Origin: Candidatus Iainarchaeum sp.
GTDB lineage: Archaea > Iainarchaeota > Iainarchaeia > Iainarchaeales > CSSED10-239
Reading direction: 5' to 3'
NCBI GenBank assembly: GCA_028700115.1
Contig: JAQVTI010000001.1
Coordinates: 161,139 to 193,138 of the forward strand
Length of the DNA stretch: 32,000 bases
The first letter of the stretch is position 1. Each line of letters begins with the position of its first letter. A program made the translations under genes and the position numbers. The notes beneath the pieces are model-generated. The model saw nothing but the letters and a program-made list of their open reading frames with translations. It was not told the DNA's origin and ran no database searches. Below, piece after piece: positions 28,773-32,000 of the stretch.

Positions 28773-28906
28773 CTGCTACAAGGACAATCAGAGCCACACC
28801 CACAATCACAATGACACACAGAACACATAATTTCATTTAATTTTTTTTCATTCATTTCTTTTTTATCTTGAAATGTATTAAAAATATCTCTTGAATCTAA
28901 TCTCAT
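28763..28906 (-). CDS. Putative Cys-rich RiPP precursor peptide 1 (47 aa)
   Basis: Manual translation: MRLDSRDIFNTFQDKKEMNEKKLNEIMCSVCHCDCGCGSDCPCSSCY*; SD-like AGGTG upstream; ends 8 nt before the likely ATG of rSAM-A. Confidence 0.88.
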   Translation of the reverse strand: MRLDSRDIFNTFQDKKEMNEKKLNEIMCSVCHCDCGCGSDCPCSSCY

Positions 28907-28953
28907 AGAAAACACCTAATTATATATAACTAAACAAATATAAATTTAACTAA

Positions 28954-28995
<42 letters not shown>

Positions 28996-29019
<24 letters not shown>

Positions 29020-31347
29020 GTTTGCAGAATAAACATGACATATATAAAGTAATAAGTCTTCTTGTGTTTCTTGATTGTAATCATCTGTAACTGTTAAACT
29101 AATATGTTTGTTTGTACAGATGTTCTCATAGTTTAAAGTTTGTGTTAAAAGAGATTTTGGATTTTGTAAAAAGTTTAAAGTGTTATTTGTTTGAGAAACA
29201 TTTGTTTTGTTTATAAAAATATTATTTAATATTTTATTTTGTGAGCTAAATGCTTGTGAAATGTTTTCAATAGTAAATTCACAATCATTACTTAAGATGT
29301 TTTGTGAATCATTATCTTTCCATTCACAACTATATTCACCTACATTGTTTTTTATAGTTGTTTCAAATGAAAGAGTATCTTCATATGTATGGTTAGATAA
29401 ATCTTTAGGAGAAACAATAGTTGCATCAAGTCCACTAAACTCTAAAGAGATAACATCTTCTGAAACTCTACCTTCTTCATCTTCACCTATTAATGTCATT
29501 GTATGCACACCAGGAAAAATACCTAGTTCTTGAGCAGTTGCAATAAAGTCACATTCATCACTTAAAGAAACAGGGTTATCTGTATCATTATCTAAAACCC
29601 AATCACAAGTTACTTGACCTGTTGGGTTTTCATGTTCTTCTATAAATAAAATATCTTCGTCTTGATCGTATTGTGTATTATTTATTGGAGAGTCTATTGT
29701 TACAATAAATTTTAATCTACTTTGTAGATACACAGGCATTGTGTGTTGTGAGACATCTAAGGCTTCAACTGCAACTTCTGTATCTACTAAACCGTTGTAA
29801 GTGTAAGAAGTATTATCGTAAGTTGCAGTACTATATAATCTTTGAACATTATCAAATCTACCAAAATGATCTTCAAATAAATCGTCTAATTCAATAGTAT
29901 ATAAAGATGTTTGAAAATAAGTTTCATTAGTTTGATCGTGTATCATATTTGCTTCAAAAACAATTCCTGGATGTGTATCGTTATCATCGTACATTATACC
30001 ATCTGGATCCCACATTATACTATTTGTTGGATATTGTTCTTCTATATATTCTTCATCTATATGATAAATTGTAACTCCGCCATGATAATTTGGTGTATTT
30101 GGATCTCTATACCAAAACATCCATTTATCTTGTGTACTTTCATCCATAAATCTATTTGCAACTAAAAAGTATTCTCGATCATACATTTTAGTTTCATCTT
30201 GTAAAACATATGCAATAGGAGTATCATCTAAAGTTGGCAGATTATAAAAACCAGCATCTTGTGAACCGATAATGGTTGGATTAATCCAACCAAAAAAAGT
30301 CTTTGACCAAACATCAAAATTTATTGGAAAATTAGGATTTCCATCAGTCTGAGACATCATAGATAAATTCCAAAGTCCCATTCCTAAATGTAAACCATTA
30401 TGATGTTCATATAAATCAGGAACTCCTAAAATATGTCCAAATTCATGAACTAAAGTATTTAATTCAAATCTACAATCTGTAGGATGACCATAATTTGAAT
30501 TATGACCTTCACAAACAAAATCATCAAGTTCAGAAGCAACAACATACATATTTCCTAAAAAAGTATCATCTCTATTATAACTAGAACCATTCATAATTCT
30601 AGTATGGTCTTTAAATTGATTTGTTGCTTCTCCAGATCTTATTAAAATAAGACCTTCCATTCTACCGTCATTATCAGCATCATATTGACTAAAATCAACT
30701 TCTGGATCAACAAGATCTAAAAGATCCATAAACATTTGAAATTGTGTTGAGTTATTTGTTTTGTAATATTCAAAAGTTTCTGGAAGTTCATACCAATCTT
30801 CATAAACATCAAATGTTAAATGTAAATTTCCATAAGACTCGTGTAGATAATAATCAGAAACACTAATTCCATTTTCATCAAGATAATTTGGATCATTATA
30901 AGCAGCATTAATATCTTCAAAAGTTATATCTTCTTTATGAAGTTGATCTGAAAACTCAACCATAAAAACAGGAATTGTAAAATTTCCTTCTGTAGGACAA
31001 GTTCCCCAGATATTTTCTACAGAAGTAAAATTATCTTTTGGTGAGATTGGAATTAAGTTTTTTGTATATTCTTTTACATCTGCTTTACTACAAATACCAG
31101 GAGGATAATAAACATCTCCAAAAGAAATACCACCACAATCATTTTGATTTAAATCAAAATTTGGATTGATTTGAGAAATGTTTGAAATATTATTATTTGC
31201 ACTAATTGTTATATTTGGATTTATATTAGTAGAAGGTTTATTTTGAGAAACATAGTTTAAAACATTTGTTGAAGAATAAGCATAAACATAGCTAAATGAA
31301 AATAAAAAACAAATGATAAATATAATATATATTATATTTTTATTCAT
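28996..31347 (-). CDS. Secreted M6-family (immune inhibitor A-like) metalloprotease
   Basis: Signal peptide; zinc motif HEFGHILGVPDLYEH; upstream FDVYEDWYELPETFEYY...DADNDGRMEGLILI typical of M6. Confidence 0.94.
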
Positions 31348-31352
31348 AAACC

Positions 31353-32000
31353 TTATTCTCCAGACATATTATTATTGTTTGCAGTATATTCATGACAAAT
31401 ATACAATAATAAATCTTTTTGTGTTTCTTGATTATAATCATCTATAACTGTTAAAGATATATTCTTATAATTACAGATGTTCTCATAGTTTAAAGTTTGT
31501 GTTAAAAGAGATTTTGGATTTTGTAAAAAGTTTAAAGTATTATTTGTTTGTCCAAGATTTAATTCATTTACAAAAATATTTTGTAAAACTTTATTTTGTG
31601 AGCTAAATGCTTGTGAAAGATTATTAAGTTCAAAATCACAATCATTACTTAAAATATTTTGGGAATCTTGATCTTTCCATTCACAACTATATTCACCTAC
31701 GTTGTTTTTTATAGTTGTTTCAAATAAAAGAGTATCTTCATATGTATGGTTAGATAGATTTTTAGGAGAAACAATAGTTGCGTCAAGTCCACTAAACTCT
31801 AAAGAGATAACATCTTCTGAAACTCTACCTTCTTCGTCTTCACCTATTAATGTCATTGTATGCACACCAGGATAAATACCTAGTTCTTGAGCAGTTGCAA
31901 TAAAGTCACATTCATCACTTAAAGAAACAGGGTTATCTGTATCATTATCTAAAACCCAATCACAAGTTACTTGACCTGTTGGGTTTTCATGTTCTTCTAT
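31353..32000 (-). CDS. C-terminal part of a second tandem M6 metalloprotease copy (runs off window)
   Basis: Near-identical to the C-terminal ~210 aa of the 28996-31347 protein; frame stays open past the track ORF to the window edge. Confidence 0.85.
   Translation of the reverse strand: MEEHENPTGQVTCDWVLDNDTDNPVSLSDECDFIATAQELGIYPGVHTMTLIGEDEEGRVSEDVISLEFSGLDATIVSPKNLSNHTYEDTLLFETTIKNNVGEYSCEWKDQDSQNILSNDCDFELNNLSQAFSSQNKVLQNIFVNELNLGQTNNTLNFLQNPKSLLTQTLNYENICNYKNISLTVIDDYNQETQKDLLLYICHEYTANNNNMSGE

Overview
AT-rich archaeal window, probably from a small-genome DPANN-like lineage (inferred from gene content and style, not from a database match). Left part (1-20.8 kb): a GspE/VirB11-type secretion ATPase, two DUF4143-style AAA ATPases, two AbiEi/AbiEii-like toxin-antitoxin modules, an S-layer protein, a decayed GNAT toxin-antitoxin locus, a giant pilin-signal/DUF285-like surface protein, a BofA-like membrane protein, an endonuclease-Q-like PHP protein and RtcB. 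Right part: a minus-strand locus (about 20.8-28.9 kb) with four different radical SAM/SPASM proteins, a DNA-methylase-like protein, a ComB-like phosphatase, a stand-alone PEP-utilising-enzyme mobile (phosphohistidine) domain and an unknown 207-aa protein. Reading the gaps by hand, I found two small ORFs missing from the supplied ORF track. Each has a Shine-Dalgarno-like sequence and lies directly upstream of a radical SAM gene: a 47-aa peptide ending in MCSVCHCDCGCGSDCPCSSCY (8 Cys in 20 residues) and a 41-aa peptide ending in KCLGTGWPINNC. They look like RiPP precursors, so the locus is a candidate undescribed archaeal RiPP system. It sits beside and partly inside the remains of a tandem array of secreted M6 metalloproteases. 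Several accessory genes are bracketed by direct repeats: 53 bp perfect around one ATPase, and about 281 bp at about 97% identity around one AbiE module.
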